Of a stretch of DNA of 64,000 nucleotides, positions 17,804 to 27,514 are shown in pieces. Source of the DNA: an uncultured Gammaproteobacteria bacterium (GTDB lineage: Bacteria > Patescibacteriota > Microgenomatia > UBA10105 > UBA927); the NCBI GenBank assembly GCA_964449585.1, contig CAYUZE010000002.1, forward strand, positions 52,833-116,832, in the 5' to 3' direction. The notes beneath the pieces were generated by a model. The model ran no database searches. It was not told where the DNA came from and was given only the letters and a program-made list of their open reading frames with translations. The position numbers and the translations under genes are program-made. Numbering within the stretch: position 1 is the stretch's first letter; each line of letters begins with the position of its first letter.

Positions 17804-19045
17804 ATGGGTATTGCTCGCGTCATATCAGCCTCGTTGTCGCCTGATACCGAAGGGGATGATGTCCTGCGCGCATTCGGTATGTTTTTGACGCCGTGGCGGT
17901 GGCAACGGGGAGGGAGTCTCGCCAAAGTTACCCGTTGGTTTGCCGAATATTTGGGGAACGGGGATCGTCCGTTTTTTTTCAATAGCGGACGCAGTGCGCT
18001 GTTAGTAATCCTCAAGAGCTTCGGTATAGGAGAAGGAGACGAGGTGATTGTACAGGCGTTCACGTGTGTCGCCGTTCCTAACGGTGTGCTGTGGGCGGGG
18101 GCGACTCCCGTCTATGCGGATATCGACGGGACCTACAATAGCGCACCGCGATCGGTAGAAAAATGCGTCAGCCGAAAAACAAAAGCGATTATCGTGCAAC
18201 ATACGTTCGGTGTCCCCGCCGATATGGACTCGCTTCTTGTCATCGCCAAAAAGCACAATCTTCTTCTTATCGAGGATTGTGCCCATGCGCTGGGATCACG
18301 ATGCAACGATACGCCGTTGGGAACCTTGGGTGATGCGGCTTTTTTCAGTTTCGGTCGTGATAAATCGCTTTCCAGCGTGTGGGGAGGAGCGGCGGTTATC
18401 CGCGCCAGACACAAAAAAGCGGTGGATGCGCTTTCCCGCTATCACGAACGCGTACCGCAACCAAACGCCGGTTGGATTGCCCAGCAACTTTTGCATCCGA
18501 TATTCTTTGCGCTCATTCTGCCGATGTACCGACTTGGCATAGGAAAACTGCTTTTATTTCTTTTGCAACGAATGCGGTTGTTATCGTTTCCGGTGTTTGC
18601 GACGGAAAAAACGGGCGGCAAACCGTTGTTGTTTCCGGCAAAATATCCCGAGGCGCTTGCCTATTTGCTTATCGGACAACTGAAAAAACTTACCCGCTAC
18701 ACGAAGATGCGTCAATCGATTGCGGCATATTACGCCGAATCGCTTGCTACTCTGCCCGGTATCACCCTGCCCAAACTGACAAACGGCAGTGCCCCTTTGC
18801 GATATACCATTGAAGTGGCTAACCCGGAACATATGAGGTCGAAAGCGAAAAAACAGGGGGTGCTTTTGGGGAATTGGTATAATAATATTATCGATCCCCG
18901 GGGTGTTGCATTTATCAGTATCGGCTATAAAAAGGGAAGTTGTCCCGTTGCGGAATCCGCCGCATCGAGAGTAGTCAATCTTCCCACCCTGATAAGCGGG
19001 AAGGATGCCAGCGCAGTCGTTTCGCTTATCCGGAAACTTCGTTAA
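17804..19045 (+). CDS. DegT/DnrJ/EryC1/StrS-family PLP-dependent sugar aminotransferase
   Basis: 'DEVIVQAFTCVAVPNGVLWAGATPVYADID', 'AIIVQHTFGVPADMD' and 'IEDCAHALGS' are family motifs. A Lys lies in 'FFSFGRDKSLSS'. Confidence 0.75.
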   Translation: MGIARVISASLSPDTEGDDVLRAFGMFLTPWRWQRGGSLAKVTRWFAEYLGNGDRPFFFNSGRSALLVILKSFGIGEGDEVIVQAFTCVAVPNGVLWAGATPVYADIDGTYNSAPRSVEKCVSRKTKAIIVQHTFGVPADMDSLLVIAKKHNLLLIEDCAHALGSRCNDTPLGTLGDAAFFSFGRDKSLSSVWGGAAVIRARHKKAVDALSRYHERVPQPNAGWIAQQLLHPIFFALILPMYRLGIGKLLLFLLQRMRLLSFPVFATEKTGGKPLLFPAKYPEALAYLLIGQLKKLTRYTKMRQSIAAYYAESLATLPGITLPKLTNGSAPLRYTIEVANPEHMRSKAKKQGVLLGNWYNNIIDPRGVAFISIGYKKGSCPVAESAASRVVNLPTLISGKDASAVVSLIRKLR

Positions 19046-19048
19046 CCA

Positions 19049-20017
19049 ATGCAACTTTATTGGATAGACGCCATCATCGTCATCGTTATCCTATATCATC
19101 TGTATGAAGGGTGGATTCGCGGCAGTCTGACGCTTATCGCCAATTTATTTTCGTTCATCGATTCCCTTTGGCTTGCCATACGCTATCAGGGCGTCGTCGG
19201 AAGTTTTCTCGGCGAAAAATTCGGTATTACTCCCGCTTGGACTTCGGTTGTGGGGTATGCGGGTGTCGCCCTCATCGCTCAGCTTGTCATTGAAGAAGTA
19301 TTGCTGTTCGGAATCAATAGATTGCCCGGCAAACTCCATGCGTCAAAAATCAATCAGGTTCTGGGCGCGTTACTTTCCGCGGTTAACGGGTGCATTCTGA
19401 TTACTTTTTTCCTGCTTTTGATTCTTGCCCTTCCGTTACGGGGCACAATAAAACAGGATATTAACGCATCCTTCATAGGGAGTACATTGGTGCGGATTGC
19501 ACAGCGTTATGCGGGTGATATTACCGCATCGATTTCGCAGGCCGCAAAAAAAGCCGTCACCTTCCTTACGGTGGAGCCGGGTTCAAAACAGCAAATACCG
19601 CTTGATATTCCGACTCGTGGCGTCGTCTATACTACCGATAGCACCGCAGAATCGGGGATGGTCGATCTCGTCAACAAAGAACGGGTGCAGAAAGGCCTTG
19701 CACCGCTTACCCTGGATCCTTCAATAAGCACGGTTGCCCGAGGAAAAAGTCGGGATATGTTCGAGCGTCGATATTTTTCGCATTATGATCCCGACGGAAA
19801 AAACGCGGCCGATCGGATGGATGCGGCAAAGATCTCCTACACCGTGGTAGGGGAAAATTTGGCCTACGCTCCCGATCTCACGAGCGCGCACGAGGGTCTC
19901 ATGAACAGCCCGGGACATCGGGCAAATATTTTGGAACCCCGGTTCGGTCGGATCGGTATCGGCGTCATTGACGGAGGCATATACGGCAAAATGTTCACGC
20001 AAATATTTGCCGACTAA
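19049..20017 (+). CDS. CvpA-like membrane domain fused to a CAP/SCP (YkwD-like) domain protein
   Basis: The N-terminal ~150 aa form 4 TM helices resembling CvpA. The C-terminus 'YFSHYDPDGKNAADRMDAAKISYTVVGENLAYAP...GHRANIL...IGIGV' matches the CAP superfamily. Confidence 0.6.
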   Translation: MQLYWIDAIIVIVILYHLYEGWIRGSLTLIANLFSFIDSLWLAIRYQGVVGSFLGEKFGITPAWTSVVGYAGVALIAQLVIEEVLLFGINRLPGKLHASKINQVLGALLSAVNGCILITFFLLLILALPLRGTIKQDINASFIGSTLVRIAQRYAGDITASISQAAKKAVTFLTVEPGSKQQIPLDIPTRGVVYTTDSTAESGMVDLVNKERVQKGLAPLTLDPSISTVARGKSRDMFERRYFSHYDPDGKNAADRMDAAKISYTVVGENLAYAPDLTSAHEGLMNSPGHRANILEPRFGRIGIGVIDGGIYGKMFTQIFAD

Positions 20018-20022
20018 CCATC

Positions 20023-20655
20023 ATGCATCGGCTCAAAATCTTTTCGCTTACCGTCGGTCAAATGGCTACCAATTGTTATATTCTCGCCGATCGTGATACG
20101 GGCGAGGGGATCGTCGTGGATCCGGGGGATGATGCCGAGTACATAAGCGACACGTTGCTTCGTGAGAAAATTACGCCGTCTCTTGTGGTTGCAACCCACG
20201 GTCACTTTGACCACATCATGGGTGCGTTTGCCGTGACGGCGGGGTTTGGTATTCCGTTTGCAATCCATAAAAACGATGAATTTCTGGTTGCCAGAATGCC
20301 GCAGACTGCGAGACATTTTTTGGGTGTTGCATCCGATCCTGCCCCTTTGGTGAGTCGGTATCTTACGGAAGGAGACATCCTGCACGTCGGTACCCACGAG
20401 CTGACGGTCATGGAAACGCCGGGACATACCCCGGGAAGCATATGCCTCCATGACAAGGCGGAAAATACCCTCTTTTGCGGGGATTTACTTTTTTCGGGCG
20501 GCGGGGTGGGACGGACGGATCATGAGTATGCGAGCAGGACCGAGCTTGTCAGGTCAATTGCGCGGGTGATGAAACTCCCCGGGCGCACCATGCTGTATTG
20601 CGGACACGGGGAAATGACGACGATTGGCGCCGAATCATCCTTTCACGTACAATAG
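20023..20655 (+). CDS. MBL-fold metallo-hydrolase (glyoxalase II-like)
   Basis: 'HGHFDH' metal-binding motif and 'PGHTPGS'. Confidence 0.8.
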   Translation: MHRLKIFSLTVGQMATNCYILADRDTGEGIVVDPGDDAEYISDTLLREKITPSLVVATHGHFDHIMGAFAVTAGFGIPFAIHKNDEFLVARMPQTARHFLGVASDPAPLVSRYLTEGDILHVGTHELTVMETPGHTPGSICLHDKAENTLFCGDLLFSGGGVGRTDHEYASRTELVRSIARVMKLPGRTMLYCGHGEMTTIGAESSFHVQ

Positions 20656-20659
20656 CGAT

Positions 20660-21673
20660 ATGAAACTCCTCATGCGTATTGTCGAAGATCGCGCCACGTG
20701 GGAATGGTTTATCCTCCGACACAGTCCTCAGGCGCTTTTTCAGAGCTGGTTATGGGGTGAAGTACAAAAAAACGCCCACATTGCCGTGTCGCGATACGGA
20801 TTTTACCGGGGTGACAAACTTGTGGGTGTCGCGCAAGCCGTGCTCGTCAACGCAAAACGGGGAAAGTTCTTGCATGTGCGACACGGTCCGGTTTTTGAAA
20901 AACAGGACATTGCTACGTGGAAAGCATCCCTTGCACTGCTGACCCGAGAAGCAAAAAAGTTAGGATGCGTCTTCATACGGATCAGTCCCTTACTGCCGAA
21001 TTCCCCCGAAACCGCATCACTGTTTTCCCGCCTGCGCACGATACCCGCCGCCATGCATCGGATGGACGGGGAGTATTGCTGGGTATTGGATCTTGATAAA
21101 TCGGAAGAAGAGTTGCTTTCCGGTATGCGAAAAACGGTACGTTATGAAGTGCGTCGCGGGCAAAAGGAAGGGGTGGAAGTCTTTACGACCACGGACGGCA
21201 AATATCTTCATGAATTTTTTTCGCTCTATGAAGCGACAAGCAACCGCCACGGATTTGTCCCGCATGTGGGCATACGGGAAGAATTTGCGCTGTTTGCGAA
21301 AGCAAAACAGGCCTTGCTGTATTTAGGCAAATACGAAAGCAAAACGACGGCGTCGGCGATTATCCTGTATTACGGCAATCAGGCGATATATCACCATGGC
21401 GCATCGGTACAGTCGAAAGTACCCGCGTCGCCTCTTCTGCAGTGGGAAGCAATCAAAGATGCCAAAAAAAGAGGAATGAAAGTGTACAATTTTTGGGGTA
21501 TAGCACCGGAAAACAGCCCAAATCATCCATGGCGAGGAATAACATTGTTCAAAAAGGGGTTCGGGGGCAGGGTGGTCGAATATTCGCATGCGCAGGATAT
21601 TCCGTTGTCTCCCTTGTACATTATTCCGCGAACCGTTGAAACGATCAGGCGTCTTATGAAAGGGTACGATTAG
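20660..21673 (+). CDS. FemABX-family peptidoglycan peptidyltransferase (aminoacyl-tRNA-dependent bridge formation), FemX-like size
   Basis: 338 aa without the coiled-coil insert. Conserved stretches 'LFQSWLWGEV', 'HHGAS', 'LLQWEAIKDAKKRGMKVYNFWG' and 'FKKGFGG' match the FemAB family. Start taken at Met13 of the ORF-track translation, after the upstream stop. Confidence 0.75.
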   Translation: MKLLMRIVEDRATWEWFILRHSPQALFQSWLWGEVQKNAHIAVSRYGFYRGDKLVGVAQAVLVNAKRGKFLHVRHGPVFEKQDIATWKASLALLTREAKKLGCVFIRISPLLPNSPETASLFSRLRTIPAAMHRMDGEYCWVLDLDKSEEELLSGMRKTVRYEVRRGQKEGVEVFTTTDGKYLHEFFSLYEATSNRHGFVPHVGIREEFALFAKAKQALLYLGKYESKTTASAIILYYGNQAIYHHGASVQSKVPASPLLQWEAIKDAKKRGMKVYNFWGIAPENSPNHPWRGITLFKKGFGGRVVEYSHAQDIPLSPLYIIPRTVETIRRLMKGYD

Positions 21674-21734
21674 GCGACTATGCCGTTTCGTTGAGTTTTA
21701 CCGGGCTACCACCTATACTTAGGAGCATAGGGAT

Positions 21735-22109
21735 ATGAAAAAGATATTGATGCAACACCATATCTCATTTAAAAACGCGTTTTCCGGCCTTTGGTGGGCA
21801 ATCACCACCCAGCCGAATTTTCGCGTACATATCGCGCTTTCAATTCTCGCGCTTTTTCTGTGCACCTACCTTAGGGTCAGTCCCGTCGAAGGAGCGATCA
21901 TCGCATTTACCATCGTATTGGGACTTTCCGCAGAGATGATCAATACCGCACTTGAATCAATGACCGACCTTATCACCACCGAGTGGCGCAAAGAGGCCAA
22001 AATCGCCAAAGATGTCGCCGCAGGTATGATGTTGACCGTAGCATTCGGTGCGGTACTGGTGGCGGTACTGATATTGGGACCCAAATTAGTTGCCCTTTTC
22101 GGGTATTAA
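21735..22109 (+). CDS. dgkA: diacylglycerol/undecaprenol kinase (DgkA family)
   Basis: 124 aa, 3 TM helices, 'SAEMINTALESMTD' catalytic motif. RBS AGGAG upstream. Confidence 0.8.
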   Translation: MKKILMQHHISFKNAFSGLWWAITTQPNFRVHIALSILALFLCTYLRVSPVEGAIIAFTIVLGLSAEMINTALESMTDLITTEWRKEAKIAKDVAAGMMLTVAFGAVLVAVLILGPKLVALFGY

Positions 22110-22112
22110 CCT

Positions 22113-23147
22113 ATGCAATTACTTCTCGGCGTCGTCTTATTTTCGTGGCTTATCCACAGTGTATTGTTTATCCCGTTTATCAAACTTCTGTATCATTTGA
22201 AGCTTCGCAGACTCGATCAGGTCACCCGCGACATGTTCAATAAACGAACCCCGCTTTTTGACAAATTCCACCATCACAAGGCAGGCACTCCCGTCGGAGG
22301 AGGACTTCTGATTATCGCGCTCACGACCCTGCTTTTGCCGGTGTTGCTGGTCCTCATGTACTATTTCTGGATACCGATTACGTCGGTGTATCCGTTGGCA
22401 AGTGAGGTAAAGATTCTGTTATTCACCTTTATCTCGTTCGGGTTGTTGGGTCTTTTGGATGATACGAAAAAAACATTCGGTTGGGTAAAGAACGGATTTT
22501 TCGGTCTGAGACTCCGGCATAAGCTATACCTTGAAATATTGCTTGCGGGTATCATCGGATTTTGGTTGGTACACGATTTGAAGATCGGCATCGTCCATCT
22601 GCCGCTTCTGGGGGTGTTTCATCTCGGATGGTGGTACATACCGTTTGCCGTATTTGTGATTATCGCATTCGCCAATGCGTTTAATATCACCGACGGACTG
22701 GACGGACTGTCCGCGGGAGTACTGGTGATTGCGCTTTTTGCATTTTGGTTTTTATCGGCGGCTATCTTGGACACCGTGCTTTCCCTGTTTTTGGCGTTGT
22801 GGATCGGCGGAATGTTGGCGTTTTTGTACTTTAACGTCTTGCCCTCCCGTATATTCATGGGAGATGTCGGTTCGCTTTCGTTCGGTGCCACCTTTGCCGT
22901 GGTCGGACTGATTCTCGGGAAAACCCCGGCACTGGTCGTCATCGGAGGGATATTCGTTCTTGAGGTCGCATCCTCGCTCGTCCAACTTGTGGCAAAATCA
23001 ATCACGGGCAAAAAGCTTTTTGCCGCCGCCCCCTTGCACTTGTGGTTGCAGGTGAAAGGTTGGCCTGAGTCAAAAATCGTCATGCGGTTTTGGATACTTG
23101 CTATTGTCTTGGCACTCTTTGGTTTATGGCTTGCGCTTCTGAGTTAA
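22113..23147 (+). CDS. mraY: phospho-N-acetylmuramoyl-pentapeptide transferase
   Basis: 'NAFNITDGLDGLSAG', 'MGDVGS' and polytopic topology. Confidence 0.9.
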   Translation: MQLLLGVVLFSWLIHSVLFIPFIKLLYHLKLRRLDQVTRDMFNKRTPLFDKFHHHKAGTPVGGGLLIIALTTLLLPVLLVLMYYFWIPITSVYPLASEVKILLFTFISFGLLGLLDDTKKTFGWVKNGFFGLRLRHKLYLEILLAGIIGFWLVHDLKIGIVHLPLLGVFHLGWWYIPFAVFVIIAFANAFNITDGLDGLSAGVLVIALFAFWFLSAAILDTVLSLFLALWIGGMLAFLYFNVLPSRIFMGDVGSLSFGATFAVVGLILGKTPALVVIGGIFVLEVASSLVQLVAKSITGKKLFAAAPLHLWLQVKGWPESKIVMRFWILAIVLALFGLWLALLS

Positions 23148-23159
23148 GATCCCGGCACC

Positions 23160-24302
23160 ATGAAGATTTTTGCATCACTTGCGCACAAAGCAGATAGGCA
23201 GAGTGCGGTACGACATATAAAAAATTCGGAAGGCCGGGGGGACCGGTGGCTCCTCCTTACGACGGTCGTGTTATCCATCATCGGCATCATCATGGTGTAC
23301 GATTCTTCGGTGGCCATCGCGTTTAGGGATTTTTCCAATCCGTATCATTTTGTCCGCGATCAGGTGAAATGGTTGCTGTTGGGATTTACGGGATTTACGA
23401 TTCTTTCCCGTATTCCGTACGGTATTTGGAAACGGTTTGCGGTTCCGGGAATCGTCGTAACGCTCATCCTGCTTATTGCCGTATTTATCCCCGGCCTCGG
23501 CGTACGCGCGCTTGGTGCGCATCGGTGGATTGATTTCGGATTTTTTGTCCTTCAGCCCGCGGAATTTGCCAAGCTGGCCATGGTGCTATATCTTTCGGCG
23601 TGGTTTGCCACCAAAGAGCACGGGAGATTATTGGCATTCCTTCTGTTGCTCGGCATGGTATCGGGTCTCGTCATTATCGAGCCGGATTTGGGAACCGCGA
23701 TAACGATTATCGTTACCTCGATCGCACTCTACTTTCTTTCCGGTGCTCCCGTAGGGCATTTTATCGGGCTTATTCCCGTGCTTATTGTCGGTATCGCTGG
23801 ACTCGCCGTCGTACAGCCGTATAGACTCCGCCGGGTCACGACGTTCCTCAATCCCGAATCGGATCCGTTGGGGGCGTCATATCAAATCCGCCAGGCGCTT
23901 ATCGCGTTGGGATCGGGGGGATTTTTCGGGGTGGGTTTAGGGAAGTCACGGCAGAAATACGAATACTTGCCCGAGGCGAACACGGATTCCATTTTTGCCA
24001 TCCTCGGAGAAGAAGTGGGGTTTTTCGGGGCGGTTATCGTCATTGCACTGTTCGTATTTCTTGTCTGGCGATGCTTTAAAATCGCCAAACGGGTGAACGA
24101 TCCGTTCGGCAAATTATTTACGTTGGGAGTGGGTTCGTGGATCGGTGCACAGGCGCTCGTCAACACGGGTTCGATGGTAGCGTTACTTCCGCTTACCGGC
24201 GTGCCGTTGCCGCTTATTTCCTACGGAGGGTCGGGGCTGGTCGTAACCTTGGCGGCGCTTGGTATTGTCTATAATATAAGTAAGTCAGGAAACAAACTAT
24301 GA
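23160..24302 (+). CDS. ftsW: SEDS-family peptidoglycan polymerase FtsW
   Basis: 380 aa, about 10 TM helices, SEDS family signature 'LPLTGVPLPLISYGGSG' near the C-terminus. Position between mraY and murG. Confidence 0.85.
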   Translation: MKIFASLAHKADRQSAVRHIKNSEGRGDRWLLLTTVVLSIIGIIMVYDSSVAIAFRDFSNPYHFVRDQVKWLLLGFTGFTILSRIPYGIWKRFAVPGIVVTLILLIAVFIPGLGVRALGAHRWIDFGFFVLQPAEFAKLAMVLYLSAWFATKEHGRLLAFLLLLGMVSGLVIIEPDLGTAITIIVTSIALYFLSGAPVGHFIGLIPVLIVGIAGLAVVQPYRLRRVTTFLNPESDPLGASYQIRQALIALGSGGFFGVGLGKSRQKYEYLPEANTDSIFAILGEEVGFFGAVIVIALFVFLVWRCFKIAKRVNDPFGKLFTLGVGSWIGAQALVNTGSMVALLPLTGVPLPLISYGGSGLVVTLAALGIVYNISKSGNKL

Positions 24303-25423
24303 ACCACCCGATAACGCTCGTCATTACAGGCGGTCATGTGACTCCCGCCATCGCTACCATAGAGGCGATACGACAATCGCATCCGAATTGGCGTCTCATA
24401 TTTGTCGGGAGAAAGTATTCGTTGGAAGGAACGAAAGTCCTTTCGGAGGAATACCGCCTTATTCACGATCTCGGGGTGTCGTTTGTGCCGATTACCGCGG
24501 GCAGATTGAAACGAGATTTGGGGATAGGAATGTTTTTATCCCTGTTCAAGGTTCCCGTCGGTTTTGCGCAGGCGTTTATCATGCTTCTTCGGAAGCGTCC
24601 GGACGGCATATTGTCTTTCGGCGGGTATGTGGCGCTTCCCGTTGCTTTGTGTGCGAAACTTTTGGGTATTCCCGTTATCACGCACGAACAAACCACTCGT
24701 CCGGGCTTAGCCAACCGTATTATCGCCCGTATCGCAACACGCGTATGTGTGAGTTTTGCGGATACGACGGCCATGCTCCCGAAAACAAGCCGCGTGGAAG
24801 TGACCGGACTGCCCATACGGAGTGCGGTACTCACGCCTCCCAAAGCATCACCTTTTGCCGTTGATTCCGATACCCCCGTGTTATTTGTCGTGGGCGGAAG
24901 CACGGGTTCGGTAAGTATCAATACCGCCGTTTTCGCGGCACTCGAAAAACTCCTTAGCCGTTACACGGTCTTGCATCAGGTGGGGAGGCTTTCCGTGGAA
25001 GCGGGGGACAAAGCGGCAAGAGCACTGCCGCAAAGTCTCCGAAAGCGATATATCCACAAGGCATTTTTCACCGCCGAAGAATACAGTTGGGCATTGCACC
25101 ATAGTGCGCTTATCGTCGGAAGATCCGGCGCAAATACGGTGTCGGAATTGGCGCTGGTCGGCGCCGTTGCCGTACTGATACCTCTGCCGTGGTCTGCCGG
25201 TAACGAGCAATTCCATAATGCAAAAGTACTCGAAAAAGCAGGATCAATAATTCTTGAACAGCGACAGCTTACCGCGGCGTCCTTAATTGCCGCAATCGAT
25301 GCAATCACGGCAACCATGACACAGCGCAAGGAACAAGCGAAAGCGCTTGCCGCCACGGCACCGCACGACGGGGCGATACGACTCATGAAAACGGTTTCGG
25401 AAGTATTGACACCCCGACGATAA
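24299..25423 (+). CDS. murG: undecaprenyldiphospho-muramoylpentapeptide beta-N-acetylglucosaminyltransferase
   Basis: N-terminal 'LVITGGHVTPAIATIEAI' and C-terminal 'GRSGANTVSELALVGAVAVLIPLP' match the MurG GT28 fold. Confidence 0.85.
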   Translation: MNHPITLVITGGHVTPAIATIEAIRQSHPNWRLIFVGRKYSLEGTKVLSEEYRLIHDLGVSFVPITAGRLKRDLGIGMFLSLFKVPVGFAQAFIMLLRKRPDGILSFGGYVALPVALCAKLLGIPVITHEQTTRPGLANRIIARIATRVCVSFADTTAMLPKTSRVEVTGLPIRSAVLTPPKASPFAVDSDTPVLFVVGGSTGSVSINTAVFAALEKLLSRYTVLHQVGRLSVEAGDKAARALPQSLRKRYIHKAFFTAEEYSWALHHSALIVGRSGANTVSELALVGAVAVLIPLPWSAGNEQFHNAKVLEKAGSIILEQRQLTAASLIAAIDAITATMTQRKEQAKALAATAPHDGAIRLMKTVSEVLTPRR

Positions 25424-25432
25424 CTAAAGACC

Positions 25433-26137
25433 ATGGCATCCCGGCTCACGACGTACACCCTAAAAAGAACGGTACGCTTCATCGGCGGAGTGGCGGCGCT
25501 GTTGATCGGGACATTTATCCTTGCCATGTTTCTTGTTCGGGCATTCACCATCCGCGATATTATCGTGGATGCGCCCGGAATGACGATAGAACTGGATCGG
25601 GAAAAGTTCGGCAAGAATCTGCTGTTTCTGCCCGTTTCCACATTCCGTAAAGAATTGCTTTCCACGTACCCCCTGCTCAAAGACGTATCGTTTGAACGGA
25701 AATTTCCGGGAACGCTCGTGGTGCATCTTATGAAACGACCCACTTTCGTACTGATCGAATCCGCCGGAAATATTTATGAACTGGATGAGTACGGACTGAT
25801 TTTGGGTTCGGTAGGAAGGAAAGATACGCATCCGTTACTTGTGTTTGATGTCGGCATTCTCTCAACCGGAGGAAGAGTCACGGATGATCGGGTGGAAGCG
25901 GCGCTGTCGTTTCTGCGGCAGATGAAGGGGAATGCCGATATTTCGGTTATCGCTCCCCGAGATACGCAGTCATTATTTGCCAAACTCGGCAATACAAACA
26001 TATTTCTTCCTCAAACAGGCGACTTAAGCGCGAAAGCAGATACTTTACAAATAATTGTAGAGGGGTTTAGAATGAAAGGAACACTGCCCACGGTGATAGA
26101 TTTGCGGTTTGAAAAACCGGTCATCACCAATTACTAG
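25433..26137 (+). CDS. ftsQ: cell division protein FtsQ/DivIB-like (POTRA)
   Basis: 234 aa, a single N-terminal TM helix and a periplasmic domain. Position between murG and ftsA. Sequence conservation of this family is weak, so the call is positional. Confidence 0.6.
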   Translation: MASRLTTYTLKRTVRFIGGVAALLIGTFILAMFLVRAFTIRDIIVDAPGMTIELDREKFGKNLLFLPVSTFRKELLSTYPLLKDVSFERKFPGTLVVHLMKRPTFVLIESAGNIYELDEYGLILGSVGRKDTHPLLVFDVGILSTGGRVTDDRVEAALSFLRQMKGNADISVIAPRDTQSLFAKLGNTNIFLPQTGDLSAKADTLQIIVEGFRMKGTLPTVIDLRFEKPVITNY

Positions 26138-26153
26138 TTTTCATACCACTTTT

Positions 26154-27452
26154 ATGGCACGCGATCGCATCCTCTCTGCAATAGACATCGGTTCCTCAAA
26201 AATAGTCACGCTTATCGCCGCAATCACCGATGAAGGAGAAGCCCGCATTATCGGCGTGTCGGTGTCACCCAGTCGGGGACTCCGAAAAAGCCAGGTAGTC
26301 AACATCGAAGAAGCGACAGAGGCGATTTCCGCCTCTTTGGAAGCCGCCGAACGCATGGCGGGAGCATCCGTCGCCCAGGCGTTTGTGAGTATCGGAGGAG
26401 CGCATGTGGCATCGCTCAATTCGCACGGCGTGGTTGCCGTTGCCGAGCCGGAAAAAGAAATCACCGCCTTTGACGTAAAGCGTGTCATTGATGCCGCCAA
26501 AGCGGTACAGTTGCCGACGTCTCGAGAGATTCTCCATGTCCTTCCCCGCGGGTATATCGTGGACGGTCAGGAAGGGATAGTTGATCCCATCGGGATGGGA
26601 GGAGTGCGGCTCGAAGTGGAAACCCATCTTGTTACGGGAGGAGCAACCGCAATCCGTAATCTGCATAAATGCGTGTCTGAGTTAGGTGTGGAAGTTGCGG
26701 GCATTGCGTTCGGCGGTCTTGCCGCCGCGGCCGCAACGCTTTCCGATACGGAAAAGGAATTGGGAGTTGTGTTAGTCGATATCGGTGGAGGAACGACGGA
26801 TGTGGCGATTTTCGTGGAAGGCGCGCTTTCGTATTCATCGGTTATTCCTGTCGGTGCGATAAACATCACCAAGGATCTTGCCGCGGGACTTCGGGTGTCA
26901 CTTGAAAGTGCCGAGAAGATCAAGCTTCGCTTGGGTGAATTGCCCAAAACACCCGTCCTGAGTGAAGACGAGAAACCGAAAAGCAAGACTGAAAAAGATG
27001 ATGAGATTGACGTTTCCGATTTGGGGCTTCCCGAGGGCATGCGATCGATTTCGAAGAAAACGTTGATCGAAGGTATTATCAAGCCGAGGCTCAACGAAAT
27101 ATTCACGATGGTAGGACTTGAAATAAAGCGTAGCGGATTCGGCGGGATGACGCCTTCGGGTGTCGTGATCACGGGCGGCGGTGCGCTGACCGTCGGTGCC
27201 GTCGAAGCGGCCCGAAGAAACCTTGCGATGCCCGTACACATCGGTATTCCGCAAAAAATAACGGGACTTATCGATGAAATCATGACTCCTTCCTATGCCG
27301 CGGGAGTCGGACTGCTGTTGTGGGGGAACTCGACGGGTAAATCCGAGTCATCAGGATCATTGCTTTCCGGTTTCGGAAAAATCGGAAGTGCCATACAAGT
27401 AAAGGGACTTGCTGGAAAGGTCATTGATCTGGTAAAGTCGTTCTTGCCCTAA
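26154..27452 (+). CDS. ftsA: cell division protein FtsA
   Basis: Actin-fold motifs 'ILSAIDIGSSKIVTLIA' and 'VLVDIGGGTTDVAIF'. Start taken at MARDRIL, after the ftsQ stop. Confidence 0.85.
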   Translation: MARDRILSAIDIGSSKIVTLIAAITDEGEARIIGVSVSPSRGLRKSQVVNIEEATEAISASLEAAERMAGASVAQAFVSIGGAHVASLNSHGVVAVAEPEKEITAFDVKRVIDAAKAVQLPTSREILHVLPRGYIVDGQEGIVDPIGMGGVRLEVETHLVTGGATAIRNLHKCVSELGVEVAGIAFGGLAAAAATLSDTEKELGVVLVDIGGGTTDVAIFVEGALSYSSVIPVGAINITKDLAAGLRVSLESAEKIKLRLGELPKTPVLSEDEKPKSKTEKDDEIDVSDLGLPEGMRSISKKTLIEGIIKPRLNEIFTMVGLEIKRSGFGGMTPSGVVITGGGALTVGAVEAARRNLAMPVHIGIPQKITGLIDEIMTPSYAAGVGLLLWGNSTGKSESSGSLLSGFGKIGSAIQVKGLAGKVIDLVKSFLP

Positions 27453-27514
27453 ATTGTTAACCCCGTGAGACTGCCCCTGACGGAATAATCTACTATCATA
27501 GTATTTATATACCT

